Source: Histomonas meleagridis 2922-C6/04-290x | Taxonomy: Eukaryota > Protista > Parabasalia | DNA: 62,287 bases | Direction: 5' to 3' | Assembly: GCA_020184695.1 (NCBI GenBank) | Contig: JAANOX010000182.1 | Location: 1 to 62,287 of the forward strand | Shown: in pieces, positions 32,819 to 44,574 of the stretch | How positions within the stretch are numbered: the first letter of the stretch is position 1 | Layout of the letters: every line of letters begins with the position of its first letter | Translations under genes and position numbers: made by a program | Notes under the pieces: generated by a model | Told to the model about the DNA's origin: nothing | The model's input: the letters and a program-made list of their open reading frames with translations, nothing else | Databases searched by the model: none

Positions 32819-33291
32819 TTTTAACAAAATCTCTACAATAATTTCTTGAATTAAAAATAATTTGCTCACATATAATTAGTAATTTCAAATTCTCATTTTG
32901 AAATGTGGCTATTTTATTCTCTTTAAAAAACTTACAATAACATTTCGATTCGGTCATCATTAGAAGACATTCAAACTGTATTTTACCATAGATCTTGTTT
33001 CATAAAACCATTGATATTATATTCATGTAATAAATTATAATATTGTTTCAAATTATTTAATTTTTTTTATATACATCAAATATAAAAATTATAGTAATTA
33101 ATTAGCTACTCCAATACTCACAAGAATTCTAAATGTTACCCCTTTTTATATCGCAAAAAAATTTTTAAATACATTTAATTAAATGCCACACAAACAAAAT
33201 AAATTTAATATAAGAAAAATCGTTTATAAACATATTTCAAATTAACAGTTTAACATGTTTTTTGTTACAAAATAATGAAATATTTCATTAA

Positions 33292-35058
33292 TCATTTGAA
33301 ATTATTTTCCTTTGTAGCGCTTCCCATTGGAGAAAGTACTTCTGAAGCGTTTTCAGATTTCAGTATACGAATCATTTCTCCACTTCGTTGCTGCACGTCA
33401 AGTCTTGTGTCACAAGTGAATTTTGTGATTAATTTGATTATCTGATTTGTCATTCCAAATCTGACAGCAAGTTTGGAAACAGCTGTCAACAAGTAACAAA
33501 CAGTAGTTCCGTTAAGGTTCGGAAGAATAATAATTTTGTGAAGAATTGGCAATATATTCGAATTTTTAATCTCATGCTCACCAATGGAATATGAAGCTAC
33601 TTGGATATAAGGTTGGTTGTTAATGTTGTTTGGAAGGTCTTCTTCGAGTTTATTTAGTGCTATTAAACATAATTCTTTATCACTAGATACAAGTTTGCAA
33701 AAAGATGTAATGACCTCATTGTTGATGAAATCGCCATTCTCTTTGATTAGTTGTAACATCGTTTCGACTTTCCATTTGGTTGATGAAGAAAATCTGTTGA
33801 TTGCAAAAAACAATTTCGAGACTGCGTCAGTTCTAAAGTCATTATCTACGGTCCTTAGTCTCTTCATTGTAGTTGGAACCAATTTTGTCACGTTTTTCTC
33901 GTTAATAATTGCGGATATAATATCTAATGCACGTCTTCTGATTGCCAAATCACGATGACAAAGACACCGTGTTATTTGTGATCGATAATGTTGCATTGCT
34001 AAATTATCAGCACTAGATCTATCAATAATATTTTTTTCCTTATATATCAGCCTGGAGAAAACCGCTAAAATTGAATAGTATACAATGGACTTTTGAAGTG
34101 AAAAAAGTTTTCCGACTTGATGTATAGTGAAAACAATCATTGATTGATTCTTTGTTATCTTAAAGATTGCATCTGCTGTTTCGAAGATCAGAGCTCTATC
34201 TGGGTTAGAACTTGTATCTGCATTAGTAATAATTTCTTGGAATAACGTATTAATTTCATCAGATGATTTTCCTAGTATACCAATTAACCTAACAGCTTTA
34301 AGTTGAACATGAATATCAAGAATTTCGGAATCAGGCGTTATTTGCTTTCGAACATTTTTAATAATGTCGACACAAGATTTTAAAATTGAAGATGAATATT
34401 GTATTAGTTGAGGATTACTTTGAAGAACTTGTGTGGCAAGATTCATTCCAACCATTTTTAAAGTCAAAGATTGATGATCCAAAAAATTAACAACAAATTT
34501 TGAAAACGATTCATAATAATCACTGTTCAGACGAATACATGTAACTGCGGCTTCTCCAGCGCATTTTAACACTTTTTCATCAGTAGAATTTGCTAATACT
34601 TTTTCTATTTCTGGAACTGCATTACTAATTAAATCTGGATTTGCAAAGTTAGAAAGTGCTGTTAAAGCAAGACGTTGTACACGTGGAATCGTTGATGATA
34701 TATCTTTCAAAATTGTTTGGTTAACTAAAAGAAAAGTTTCACTTTGAGAATCTAGTAAAACATTTGCTCCGATATATCCAATTAATTTTGTTGAATATTT
34801 TGTATCTGCCATGAAATTAGATACTACAATTTCTCCAAAAGATGTATTATAACCTTCGAAGTTTAAAAGAATTAGTTTTGCAATAATTTGAAAAGGAATT
34901 GGTTTTTCATTTTTTTTAATGGCATTACGAACTGAAGATAATTCAGTGGATAAGCATTGATGGAAAAAGTCAACATTTGTCTCTTTTAGAACGAAAATGC
35001 CTAAATCTTTGAAGGAATGTTTCATCGGATTACAAAATAACCGCATCGTATCATTCAA
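33292..35058 (-). CDS. Adaptin large subunit, AP-1 gamma-like trunk
   Basis: KLIGYIGANVLLD, TILKDI, QRLALTALSNF, DLAIRRRALDII, DVQQRSGEM (Adaptin_N). Confidence 0.85.
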   Translation of the reverse strand: MNDTMRLFCNPMKHSFKDLGIFVLKETNVDFFHQCLSTELSSVRNAIKKNEKPIPFQIIAKLILLNFEGYNTSFGEIVVSNFMADTKYSTKLIGYIGANVLLDSQSETFLLVNQTILKDISSTIPRVQRLALTALSNFANPDLISNAVPEIEKVLANSTDEKVLKCAGEAAVTCIRLNSDYYESFSKFVVNFLDHQSLTLKMVGMNLATQVLQSNPQLIQYSSSILKSCVDIIKNVRKQITPDSEILDIHVQLKAVRLIGILGKSSDEINTLFQEIITNADTSSNPDRALIFETADAIFKITKNQSMIVFTIHQVGKLFSLQKSIVYYSILAVFSRLIYKEKNIIDRSSADNLAMQHYRSQITRCLCHRDLAIRRRALDIISAIINEKNVTKLVPTTMKRLRTVDNDFRTDAVSKLFFAINRFSSSTKWKVETMLQLIKENGDFINNEVITSFCKLVSSDKELCLIALNKLEEDLPNNINNQPYIQVASYSIGEHEIKNSNILPILHKIIILPNLNGTTVCYLLTAVSKLAVRFGMTNQIIKLITKFTCDTRLDVQQRSGEMIRILKSENASEVLSPMGSATKENNFK

Positions 35059-35106
35059 AAAGTTTTAACCCAATTTTTTCTTATATCACCAATAATTTAA
35101 AAAATA

Positions 35107-38100
35107 ATGAAGCCTTTAATTAAAGGCAAGAATGAAAAGCCACCAATATATAAAGTCCTTAGTTACTTCTGTAGTTCACAATTTCCTGAGAGTTCAAATA
35201 ATGAATTAAACAAACTTATTTCATCATATAATTTTCCTCGATTAAAAAAATCAATCATTACCGAAGTAATAAAAAGGATCAATACAGGTGTACCTACACA
35301 TGAAGCATTATTATTAATAACAACTTTATTTGACTTTAAACCTGAGTTAGTTCAATCATTTATTGAAATTCCAAGTGATAACTCAATAAAATCCATAGCC
35401 TTTGTATTTGCTAATGCCATTGGTTTTATCTCACAACAATATGATAATAATTATTTAAAAAATTTTGAAGTCATATTAGAATCTCTAGATAAAATATTTT
35501 GTCCAGAGATCTCGAAACAAGTTGATTCCATTTATTTTGTTATTGTTTCTAAGTCAATCCACGAACATCCACAAAATGTAATTACAGAAAAAACGATAGA
35601 TATCATCTATAAATATTTAAAAGAACTTCATTCGAGGGATTCCTCAGTTTTTCCATTTTCGATTACATTATTATCCGCACTTTATTCTAATGGCTTTGAG
35701 TTATATTCTGGTAAAATCTTAAAAGTCATTCAAAATGTATTTAATGAGAAATGTGATGCAGATACATTATGTAAAATCATATCAACGCGAATGTTTTATT
35801 TTGAAACCGAAATCTATTCAACGATTTCAACAATTTCAGCAATTAAAAAATGTAAAAGTATCGAAAATTTATTTATATCATTACCATTATTAATTGATAA
35901 TCAACTCACAAAAATAAATCCGAAGATTATTGAAACTGAAGAAATTAAAGAATTCCCTTATGCTAAAATGGAAGAAGAAACATTAAATTCGACTAATTTA
36001 AATTTCGATTCATCTAATTTTAAAATCATTAAATATAATATTCCAAAATTTCGAAAGAAATTAACAGAGGTATTAAATGCCGATTTTATAAAGTTAATGT
36101 CTACTACTGTTTTAGCATTATATGGATCTAATCAAGAATACATTACGATATTTTTTGAGAATCTTTTTAATTTAATCTTAAAGAATCATTCATTAAATTT
36201 ATTATTATCATTAATATATATAATATCATTTAATTCATTTGAAGTTATATTAAAAAAAGAAATAATCGAAGAAATATTAAACTCTTTAATATTTAATCCA
36301 TCAATTACTATATTTACTATGAATGAAATCCCTATTAATATAAGTCTATTTAGAAAAGCTTGTATCGAAATAATATGTAAATATGGAACAGAGAATTTTA
36401 TTATTACAATATTTCAAACCATTTATAAGTTTAGTTTTTTGTTTTGTGAAATCCTTTTACGTTTAAAGAATTCAATACATTTAATTCAAGATATAACTAT
36501 ATTTCATAATGATGAAATATTTCGTATCTTAATGACTGTTGATTATAATTTACGTTCGATTTTTACAAAAATTGACGAAGAATATAAATCAATGGTAGTA
36601 TCTACAAGATCGATAATCTTTGATTTTGTTTTTACTATTTTACAATTTAAATCATTTCCTATTTCTACTTTTAAATCTCCTTTTTTTTCTACGTCATTTT
36701 TAACTGCATTTTATGAGCCACAATTTAAAGAAGCATTAACATCACATTTAAAAGAGATATTAATTGAATCGAAGTTATTTGAAAGTAATCCAGCAATTGA
36801 TTTTATAGAAAACTCATTACGTATTATTAATATGAATCCTGAATTAAATGATTTGTTTTCATTGTTATTACAATGTTTAAATGATGGGATTGTAATGAAT
36901 CCATTATTAGCTCAATATTCATCTAAAGTATTAACATTAATTATTAAACTTCAATATGAGAAATCATTAAAAGGTATTAAAGATATTAATATATTAACAT
37001 CAATATTACGACTTAGTGTTTGTATATTTATTAATTATCCTGAATATATATTAGAGAATACTTATTTAATATTTTTATCTAAAACTTTAACTATTTATGA
37101 GTTAACACAACATATTAAATCTTGTTTAATATGTTTATTAGCTTCAAGTTCAACATTACAATATCCTTCTTTATTCTTAATCCAAAAGCCTTCAATGCTT
37201 TTATTATTTATATCGATCTTCTCACAACATAATTGTTTAAATGAATGTTTAAATTATATATCACAACTTACACATTTTTCTGTTTTTAATCAAATTAGTT
37301 TACATAAAGGGAATATCGATTTATTATTATTAGAAATGATATATAATTTCCCAAATTCGTTTAATTTTAATGGATTTGATTTTAATAATTTAACAGATAA
37401 AACAAATGTTTATAATATATTTCCAATTTTTTTGATGATATCTACAACACAAAGTTCTTCAATTGTTGCTGATAAATTTATGAAATTAATTTCACCTTAT
37501 ATTAAAAGTAAAGATATTGATTATGAGTTTAATGAAGAAGGAATTTTAGATAAAACAAATTTTAAGTTTTCGGAATTTTCATCGGAATTTTTATCATATT
37601 TTTTACCTTATTTTGCTAATATTGAAGAATATCGGAAAATGTTTTTTTCTATTGGGTTAAATCAAACAATAAAAATTAATGAAACTTATCCAAGTGAACA
37701 AATCATAAAAGAATTCACATTAATATTTTGGATATATATTGATAAGAACACATCACAAAAAATTAATTCGAAATTTTTAATATTTAAAGCTGAAGATAAT
37801 AATGGTAATATATTATTTGATATCTTTATTCGTGGTGATTCAATTTTTTTAGGTATTCGACTAGAAAATCAATTTTCTTCTTATATATTAGCAGAAGCAT
37901 TAGAATATGATAGTTTCTCAATGATAGCATTTTCGATGCGTTATGATAATAATATATTAAACTTATCATGTTTTATGAATGATAAATCACGTCGTAACTC
38001 GATACCATATAAATTATATAATTCTTCAACAATGATTAAGTTTAGTATTGGTGGAGATAATGATTATAACTTTTTAAAAGATGAATTAAAAACTGTTTAT

Positions 38101-41100
38101 CAAATTCGATCATTAGCAATTTATTTATCTATTTTAACAGAACATGAAATTAAAGAAATTATTCATAGTAATTTAGAATTTATGATACCAAATGATAAAA
38201 CGCCAATTGTATATTATAAAACTTTAACAAATGAAATATATAAAACTCAAAGTTTATTTGAGTTCTTTAAAAATGATTATCCGATTTGGTATTTTTTGCC
38301 TGTTTTATCATTCTTTGATATTTGTGATTCATTAATTCATTGCATGATATTAATTGATGCGATTTTATATATTTTCGGTCATACATTTATCGATTGTGTG
38401 AATTTATTACCATTTTTCTTGAAAAGAAATGACCCGAATTGTATGAAGTATAAATTATATTTAAAGTTTTATTCCTTAATCGAAATGGCTGAAAATGAAG
38501 AAGAATGTTATTTAGTTTTGGATAATGTTATAGTGAATTTCGAACTTTGGTATAAATCGCCACATTTTATACAAATATTAAAACATTATAAAAATGTAAT
38601 TTTCGAAACTTATATCGATTATATAGAAAACTCAAATTTTTATCAACGGATATTAAACGCATTTGATTTATTAATTAATGATAAAAATAATTATAATAAT
38701 TATCAAAATACTTTAATCGAAATTATTATTAATCGAGCTCAAAAGAAAATAACTTCGGACGAGTTAACGTTCATCCTGAATAAACTATTCAATTTCAGGA
38801 ATCCGTTACAGATATCATCGATATTAAGTGTATTACCAATTTTATTTCAATTATGTCCACCGAATGATGAACATATTCATATATTATTATCATCACCTTT
38901 TATTACTGATTCACAATTTAGTTATTTAATATTTCCATGTTTACAAACATCGAATGAACATTTTGAAAAATTCATAAAAATATTAATGAAGAATCGTTAT
39001 CTTTATACATATCAAATGTTTAAACCAAATATATTTTCTGATAATGTAATATATTTCCAATTAATACCATTTTATTTAATCTTATTAACAAATGAAAGTA
39101 AAGATGAACAAAATTTATTTATTGAAAAAATTAATAATGAATTAAAAAATATCGAAAATATTAATAATTTAATTAATAGTTCAAAGATTTGGATGTTTTG
39201 GATATTATTATTTGCAGGACAAACAAATAAAACAAATCAAATTCATATAATTCGATTTATATCTTCGATTATTCTATATATTTATAACAATGATAAAGAA
39301 AAAGGTATAAAAATACTTAAGAAATCAATGAACATTTTAGATTTATTTGAATTTTCTGATTTAAATTCCATTTTAATGCAATTCTTCGTTGAACAATATT
39401 TCATTGAACAAAAACAATTAACAGAAGAATTATTTGATTTAAGTTTTCGTTCATTATTTATCAAATCTAAAAAACATTCGAAATCATTAAAGAAGTTATA
39501 TAATAAATCAGTATTTAAATCTAAAGATAAAACTAAAAATTTGATTTATGATGATATTAAAAGTATATTACATAAATTAGAAAAAGGAAATTATTTACAA
39601 TTCCAAATAATATCTCCAAAACATTTAACGAAAAATGATATTTTATTATTAGAAATGATCAAAGACTTTTACTTTAATAACATTAAGCCAATTCTTAATA
39701 ACAAAAGTTTTATACTTAAAATAATGAATTATATATATGATGAAAATTTTAATGTTAATATACAAAAAGTATTTTATTCAAATATGTTAAAGAGTGAACA
39801 CTTGAAATTATTAATTAAAGAAATAGAAAAAGAATTAAACAAAGAAAAACAAAAAATTATAAATTATTTTAATGTTGATGACTTTGAACGAATAGAATTC
39901 ATAGAAATTACTACACAACAACAAGAACAAGACATGAAAATAGCAAAGCAAAAACAACAATGGCATACGATTTTATTAAATTATATGCATCAATGCACAT
40001 TTTGGAATTATTCAAAGTATATATGGAAACGGTCGTTTTTCATTTCAAGTATATTTTCTGAGCATCGGTTGAAGAGGACGTTAACCTTTGAAAAACCTCG
40101 CGCGCCGATACGTTATCAAGTGCCCATTGAAAAACTGTTTCATAACGAATGCCATCGAATTAAAATAGGAAAAAAGATTAAATGTCATTTTGTAATATTA
40201 CCTAAGTTATTAGTTATAGTATATTCTTATCGAATACAAAAAATACCATTGCAACTTGTAAAACATATATTGATTAGATGTAGATTACAAGTGGAAACAG
40301 CTTTGGAATTCATTTTAATAGATGGTAGAACGATACTTTTGGATTTCAGTTCTACAAGTATTGTCTCCGAAATTATTAGACATTTAACTACATTAAAATT
40401 TAGTCATTTAGGATTCTTTCAAAAGGATTTGCAATTTTCAAAGTTCTTTATGGACTCTAAAATTGTCGAAAATTATTTAAATGGAATAATTTCCAATTTT
40501 TACTTTTTGTCATTATTAAATTTATTAGCAAGTCGAACATTTAATGATGCAAATATTTATCCATTTATGCCTTTCTTAGGCCAATATGAAAAACGTAATT
40601 TAGAATTCCCATCAACTTTAACATCAAATAACAATATATCAAAATATGTTTCATCTTATGAAAATAATGGATCAATATTTAATGCTGGTCCAACGAATGC
40701 TTTAAGGTTAACGCAATTTATTGGACGAATAAATCCTTTCTTAAGTTTAGTTAAAGAAAAAACAAATATCTTACCATCATTAAACTCAATACGTTCTATG
40801 CGTGAAAATGGAGATTCCAACATTGAGTTCCTACCTGAATTCTTTTCATTCCCTGAGATGTTTATCAACTTAAATCATTATCCACAATTCAAAGATTTTG
40901 ATGTCAAACCAAACTATGCGACCGTTTACGAGTTCGTTTATTTGAACCGTAAAAATTTAGAAGAATGTAAAGATCTCAATAAGTGGATTGACTTAATGTT
41001 TGGTGTAAACCAAAGAAACATCGAAAAGTACAATGTTTTTGTACCTGAAATTTATCATGATGTATGGTCCAAAAATAGTGGATGTAGTAAAGAAAAGAAA

Positions 41101-42051
41101 AAAGACATACAAAACTTATTAGGATCTGTTGGCTCTTTACCACCACAAATTTTTATGAATCCATTTCCGGAGCGAAAAGTGACAGAGAGCAAGTTATCGT
41201 ATAAAGTATTGAATTTCACATTGAAAAATCGAATTAAATTCGGCTACTTTTTGAATAGTGCCAAATCACCAACTTTAATTATAATGGATATCAAAAATAA
41301 AATGCGGAAATTAAAAATTAAGAATCAAACACAAAAGAGTTATAAAATTAATATCCCTAAATCTTCTTCTTATGTCTTTTGTCCACGAAAAAGTTTATTG
41401 TATGTAACCAAAGAAAATTCAGATAAAATTTATGAAATATCAGGAAAAGAAAAAGAATTCCAAATCTCTATAAATGAAGCAGACTTCCTTTCATTCTTTG
41501 GTAATTATTTTGTCACTGCTACAAAAAATGGTGAAATTAGATTTTGGTTCGATAAAGAATTTGATACTATTTTCTCAAAATTTAATTTCTATTATTGTCC
41601 AATATCAGTATTAACTGTATCCTCAAGTTTGGGTATCATTGTGTTCGGTCATAATGACGCAAACATTTCAATTTTCTCAATTCACAAGTTTCGATTTGTA
41701 AACAAAATAAAATTGAGTTCGGCGCCGATCAAAATTATCGTCACAAAAAGTATGGCGTTTATAGTTGTAAACTGCTATCGTCGTTTGTTCCTTTTGACAA
41801 TAAACGGTTTCTTGATCAAGGAACATGAAATCGATTTCGAAATAGATCAATGGTGTAGCTTCTCAAATAATGGTGTGGACTTGGTTTGCTGTACTGATAT
41901 GGTAGGCAAAATGTTTTTGTTCGAGGCATTTTATCCTGAAAAGATTCATTGCTATATGTCTTGTAAAGCAAGATGCGTGTCTGTGGCCGCAAAAGAAAGG
42001 AAAATCGATCTCGTCTTATGTAACGGAGAAGTGTATGTTTTCAATGTATAA
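35107..42051 (+). CDS. BEACH-domain protein (PH-BEACH-WD40 C-terminus)
   Basis: RCRLQVETALEF, ISNFYFLSLLNLLASRTFNDANIYPFMP, EFLPEFFSFPEMFIN, LNKWIDLMFGVNQ, PPQIFMNPFP, then degenerate WD40. Confidence 0.9.
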   Translation: MKPLIKGKNEKPPIYKVLSYFCSSQFPESSNNELNKLISSYNFPRLKKSIITEVIKRINTGVPTHEALLLITTLFDFKPELVQSFIEIPSDNSIKSIAFVFANAIGFISQQYDNNYLKNFEVILESLDKIFCPEISKQVDSIYFVIVSKSIHEHPQNVITEKTIDIIYKYLKELHSRDSSVFPFSITLLSALYSNGFELYSGKILKVIQNVFNEKCDADTLCKIISTRMFYFETEIYSTISTISAIKKCKSIENLFISLPLLIDNQLTKINPKIIETEEIKEFPYAKMEEETLNSTNLNFDSSNFKIIKYNIPKFRKKLTEVLNADFIKLMSTTVLALYGSNQEYITIFFENLFNLILKNHSLNLLLSLIYIISFNSFEVILKKEIIEEILNSLIFNPSITIFTMNEIPINISLFRKACIEIICKYGTENFIITIFQTIYKFSFLFCEILLRLKNSIHLIQDITIFHNDEIFRILMTVDYNLRSIFTKIDEEYKSMVVSTRSIIFDFVFTILQFKSFPISTFKSPFFSTSFLTAFYEPQFKEALTSHLKEILIESKLFESNPAIDFIENSLRIINMNPELNDLFSLLLQCLNDGIVMNPLLAQYSSKVLTLIIKLQYEKSLKGIKDINILTSILRLSVCIFINYPEYILENTYLIFLSKTLTIYELTQHIKSCLICLLASSSTLQYPSLFLIQKPSMLLLFISIFSQHNCLNECLNYISQLTHFSVFNQISLHKGNIDLLLLEMIYNFPNSFNFNGFDFNNLTDKTNVYNIFPIFLMISTTQSSSIVADKFMKLISPYIKSKDIDYEFNEEGILDKTNFKFSEFSSEFLSYFLPYFANIEEYRKMFFSIGLNQTIKINETYPSEQIIKEFTLIFWIYIDKNTSQKINSKFLIFKAEDNNGNILFDIFIRGDSIFLGIRLENQFSSYILAEALEYDSFSMIAFSMRYDNNILNLSCFMNDKSRRNSIPYKLYNSSTMIKFSIGGDNDYNFLKDELKTVYQIRSLAIYLSILTEHEIKEIIHSNLEFMIPNDKTPIVYYKTLTNEIYKTQSLFEFFKNDYPIWYFLPVLSFFDICDSLIHCMILIDAILYIFGHTFIDCVNLLPFFLKRNDPNCMKYKLYLKFYSLIEMAENEEECYLVLDNVIVNFELWYKSPHFIQILKHYKNVIFETYIDYIENSNFYQRILNAFDLLINDKNNYNNYQNTLIEIIINRAQKKITSDELTFILNKLFNFRNPLQISSILSVLPILFQLCPPNDEHIHILLSSPFITDSQFSYLIFPCLQTSNEHFEKFIKILMKNRYLYTYQMFKPNIFSDNVIYFQLIPFYLILLTNESKDEQNLFIEKINNELKNIENINNLINSSKIWMFWILLFAGQTNKTNQIHIIRFISSIILYIYNNDKEKGIKILKKSMNILDLFEFSDLNSILMQFFVEQYFIEQKQLTEELFDLSFRSLFIKSKKHSKSLKKLYNKSVFKSKDKTKNLIYDDIKSILHKLEKGNYLQFQIISPKHLTKNDILLLEMIKDFYFNNIKPILNNKSFILKIMNYIYDENFNVNIQKVFYSNMLKSEHLKLLIKEIEKELNKEKQKIINYFNVDDFERIEFIEITTQQQEQDMKIAKQKQQWHTILLNYMHQCTFWNYSKYIWKRSFFISSIFSEHRLKRTLTFEKPRAPIRYQVPIEKLFHNECHRIKIGKKIKCHFVILPKLLVIVYSYRIQKIPLQLVKHILIRCRLQVETALEFILIDGRTILLDFSSTSIVSEIIRHLTTLKFSHLGFFQKDLQFSKFFMDSKIVENYLNGIISNFYFLSLLNLLASRTFNDANIYPFMPFLGQYEKRNLEFPSTLTSNNNISKYVSSYENNGSIFNAGPTNALRLTQFIGRINPFLSLVKEKTNILPSLNSIRSMRENGDSNIEFLPEFFSFPEMFINLNHYPQFKDFDVKPNYATVYEFVYLNRKNLEECKDLNKWIDLMFGVNQRNIEKYNVFVPEIYHDVWSKNSGCSKEKKKDIQNLLGSVGSLPPQIFMNPFPERKVTESKLSYKVLNFTLKNRIKFGYFLNSAKSPTLIIMDIKNKMRKLKIKNQTQKSYKINIPKSSSYVFCPRKSLLYVTKENSDKIYEISGKEKEFQISINEADFLSFFGNYFVTATKNGEIRFWFDKEFDTIFSKFNFYYCPISVLTVSSSLGIIVFGHNDANISIFSIHKFRFVNKIKLSSAPIKIIVTKSMAFIVVNCYRRLFLLTINGFLIKEHEIDFEIDQWCSFSNNGVDLVCCTDMVGKMFLFEAFYPEKIHCYMSCKARCVSVAAKERKIDLVLCNGEVYVFNV

Positions 42052-42434
42052 AAAATTTATGTTTTGATTTTATAATTTTTTTTTTTTTAGGTTATTACAT
42101 TAAACAAATCAAATGTTTTTGTTTAAATTCGTAATGGATATTGCAATAAATGTCTTTGACAATAATATTACATATATTCCTTTGTTTCTAATTTGCTTTT
42201 GATAATGATTCAGTAGATAGAGATCACAAAAAAATTATTTGAAATTGTATTTTAAGAAACATTCTAATTTTTGAAACTCATAACTATAATATTGATGCCA
42301 ACATTAAGTTAAGTTTAAATATTGATGAAGAAAGTTAATTTCACTTTCGCGTAAGAACGTTTAAAAATATTCACATCACCAGACAGCATAACCGTTATCT
42401 ATTCTGTGTAAACAAAGGAAGTTGGTTTATAAAA

Positions 42435-44315
42435 ATGTTGCTTGAAGGAATTATTCTAATTGCAATAGACTGTTTACTCGGGTTTGAAATAGTGTCTTTC
42501 TTAATTTATAAAAAAGTTGATTTAATCACAAGAACAGCTATTGGATCTTCATTTGGAATTATTTTGTCTTCATGGATATTTTTATTATCTCGTCAATATA
42601 TACCTCTCACAGAGCTTCACGGTTTATTGCATATTATTATTTTTTCTATTGCATCATTTATTATTCACAAAATAAGACCTAAATCAAAAACAACCACTAA
42701 CTATAAAATGTCAACTCTTATTTTTGCTGTTGTCATACCTTTTATATTTTTAGGTTGGATGTTTCATTTCGGAATGTTTTATAAACATTTATATACAAAA
42801 GGCTCATGTTATGGTGATCTTCCTTTCCACCTTAATATAATATCATCATTTGCACATGGTTGCAACTCAATTCCAAGGAAAACTGTTTTTGATTTATTAT
42901 CACCATTTTACTCAAATCTTAAATTAGCATATCCAATAATTCCAGATTTTTATTCTGCTGTCTTATTCAAGTGTTTTAATGTTAGTTATCATGATTCAAT
43001 TGTATTTCCCTCTCTTATATATGCATATTCCATATTAGTCACACTTACTAAACTTGTGGCTCTTTTTACTCATAATCCCCGTTGTTGTCTTATTTCTTCT
43101 TGGCTTTTCCTGATGAGTGGTGGATTAGGGTTTACCCGTTACTTTAATGTAAAGTACAGAAACGAATTCAATATTGATTACGTTCATAATTGGGGCGGTT
43201 CACGATACGAAGCATGGTTCCAAACGGTCATCCACGTTTTGATGCCACAACGCTCCTCCTTATTTTCAATGCCAATAGTTTATTCCATTTTATGTCTTTT
43301 AATTATTTATGGTAACTCACATCAAATAGATCTTAAATCATTTACCTTAATAGGACTTTTGGTGTCGTGTCTTCCACAAGTTCAAGCACATTCTATTATA
43401 GCATTAGCACAATGGGGTGTTATTTATGTTATATTAACTTTTCCATATCGAAAAATTAAAACTCAATTTAAAACATATGTCTGTAATTATGGAATTCTTT
43501 CTATAGTTGCAATCGTGTTTGGAGTTCCACAAATGATTCCATTATTAGAACGTACAAGCAAAACATCTGGATTCATGAAGATTGCTCCAATTTGGTCTGA
43601 TTCACCAGGCAAAAATTATTTAACTTATTGGGTCAATGCACTTGGCGTCTTCTTCATTATATCAATGTTAGGTATTTTTGTACTTCATAATAAGCAATTA
43701 AAAATGTACATAGCAGCTTTAGGTGTATTCTTTGCAGCTAACTTCATTTGGTATCAACCTTGGAGTCTTGATAACACAAAGATTTTTAATGCAGGTTGGA
43801 TACCTTTTGCTGTAGCCTTAGTTTCAAAAGTGTTAGTTATGATTTGGGATAAGAAGTATATCGGCAAAATTTTAGCACTTCCTTTGTTTGTGTTATGTAT
43901 AGCTTCTGGTGCATTAGCGAACGTTAAGGCTATCGGCGCATCATATCCACTTTGGGCAAAAAACGCTGACGTTTTCGGTTTTGCCGAATTTGTGAAGTCA
44001 ACCGATCCGATAGCGGTTTGGTTAACGGATTCTTCTCATACGAACCCAGTTGTAACTTTAGGAGGAAGACAAACTGTGTTAGGTAATAGAGGGTGGATTT
44101 ATTCACATGGAATTGATGATTCGAAACGATTTTATGATATACAAAGAATAATGGGCGATCCTGATAATGTGAAATTGACAGATAAATATGATGTGAAATA
44201 TGTTGCCGTGGATAAGCAAAATAATGAGTTCAAATTTGCTCCGAGAAGTGATTCGAGAAATTGGAAAAAAATTTATGAATCAAAAATATTTGTGGTGTAC
44301 AATCGAACAAAATAA
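42435..44315 (+). CDS. Polytopic membrane protein, GT-C (glycosyltransferase/mannosyltransferase)-like
   Basis: About 13 TM segments, YGDLPFHLNIISSF in the first loop, MPQRSSLF, and a soluble C-terminus GRQTVLGNRGWIYSHG. Confidence 0.6.
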   Translation: MLLEGIILIAIDCLLGFEIVSFLIYKKVDLITRTAIGSSFGIILSSWIFLLSRQYIPLTELHGLLHIIIFSIASFIIHKIRPKSKTTTNYKMSTLIFAVVIPFIFLGWMFHFGMFYKHLYTKGSCYGDLPFHLNIISSFAHGCNSIPRKTVFDLLSPFYSNLKLAYPIIPDFYSAVLFKCFNVSYHDSIVFPSLIYAYSILVTLTKLVALFTHNPRCCLISSWLFLMSGGLGFTRYFNVKYRNEFNIDYVHNWGGSRYEAWFQTVIHVLMPQRSSLFSMPIVYSILCLLIIYGNSHQIDLKSFTLIGLLVSCLPQVQAHSIIALAQWGVIYVILTFPYRKIKTQFKTYVCNYGILSIVAIVFGVPQMIPLLERTSKTSGFMKIAPIWSDSPGKNYLTYWVNALGVFFIISMLGIFVLHNKQLKMYIAALGVFFAANFIWYQPWSLDNTKIFNAGWIPFAVALVSKVLVMIWDKKYIGKILALPLFVLCIASGALANVKAIGASYPLWAKNADVFGFAEFVKSTDPIAVWLTDSSHTNPVVTLGGRQTVLGNRGWIYSHGIDDSKRFYDIQRIMGDPDNVKLTDKYDVKYVAVDKQNNEFKFAPRSDSRNWKKIYESKIFVVYNRTK

Positions 44316-44574
44316 AAATCTAAATAAAACATATTTTAGTTTTAAGTTTTTTCTAATCAAAACAGTATTATTGATAAATAAGATTTAGGTAAATCTAAAT
44401 TGGAAATCTTTTTTAAAAATATTTTTTATCAATTTAAAGATAAAATCAATAGGAAAACACTTTTTAGCACACAAACATTGGATCAATTTTAAAAATTTCT
44501 CCATGATTCCAAAAATGTTTTTTCAGTCTGATCGGACTGATGGACTTTTGTTGTAAATCAATCAATTTTTTCAA

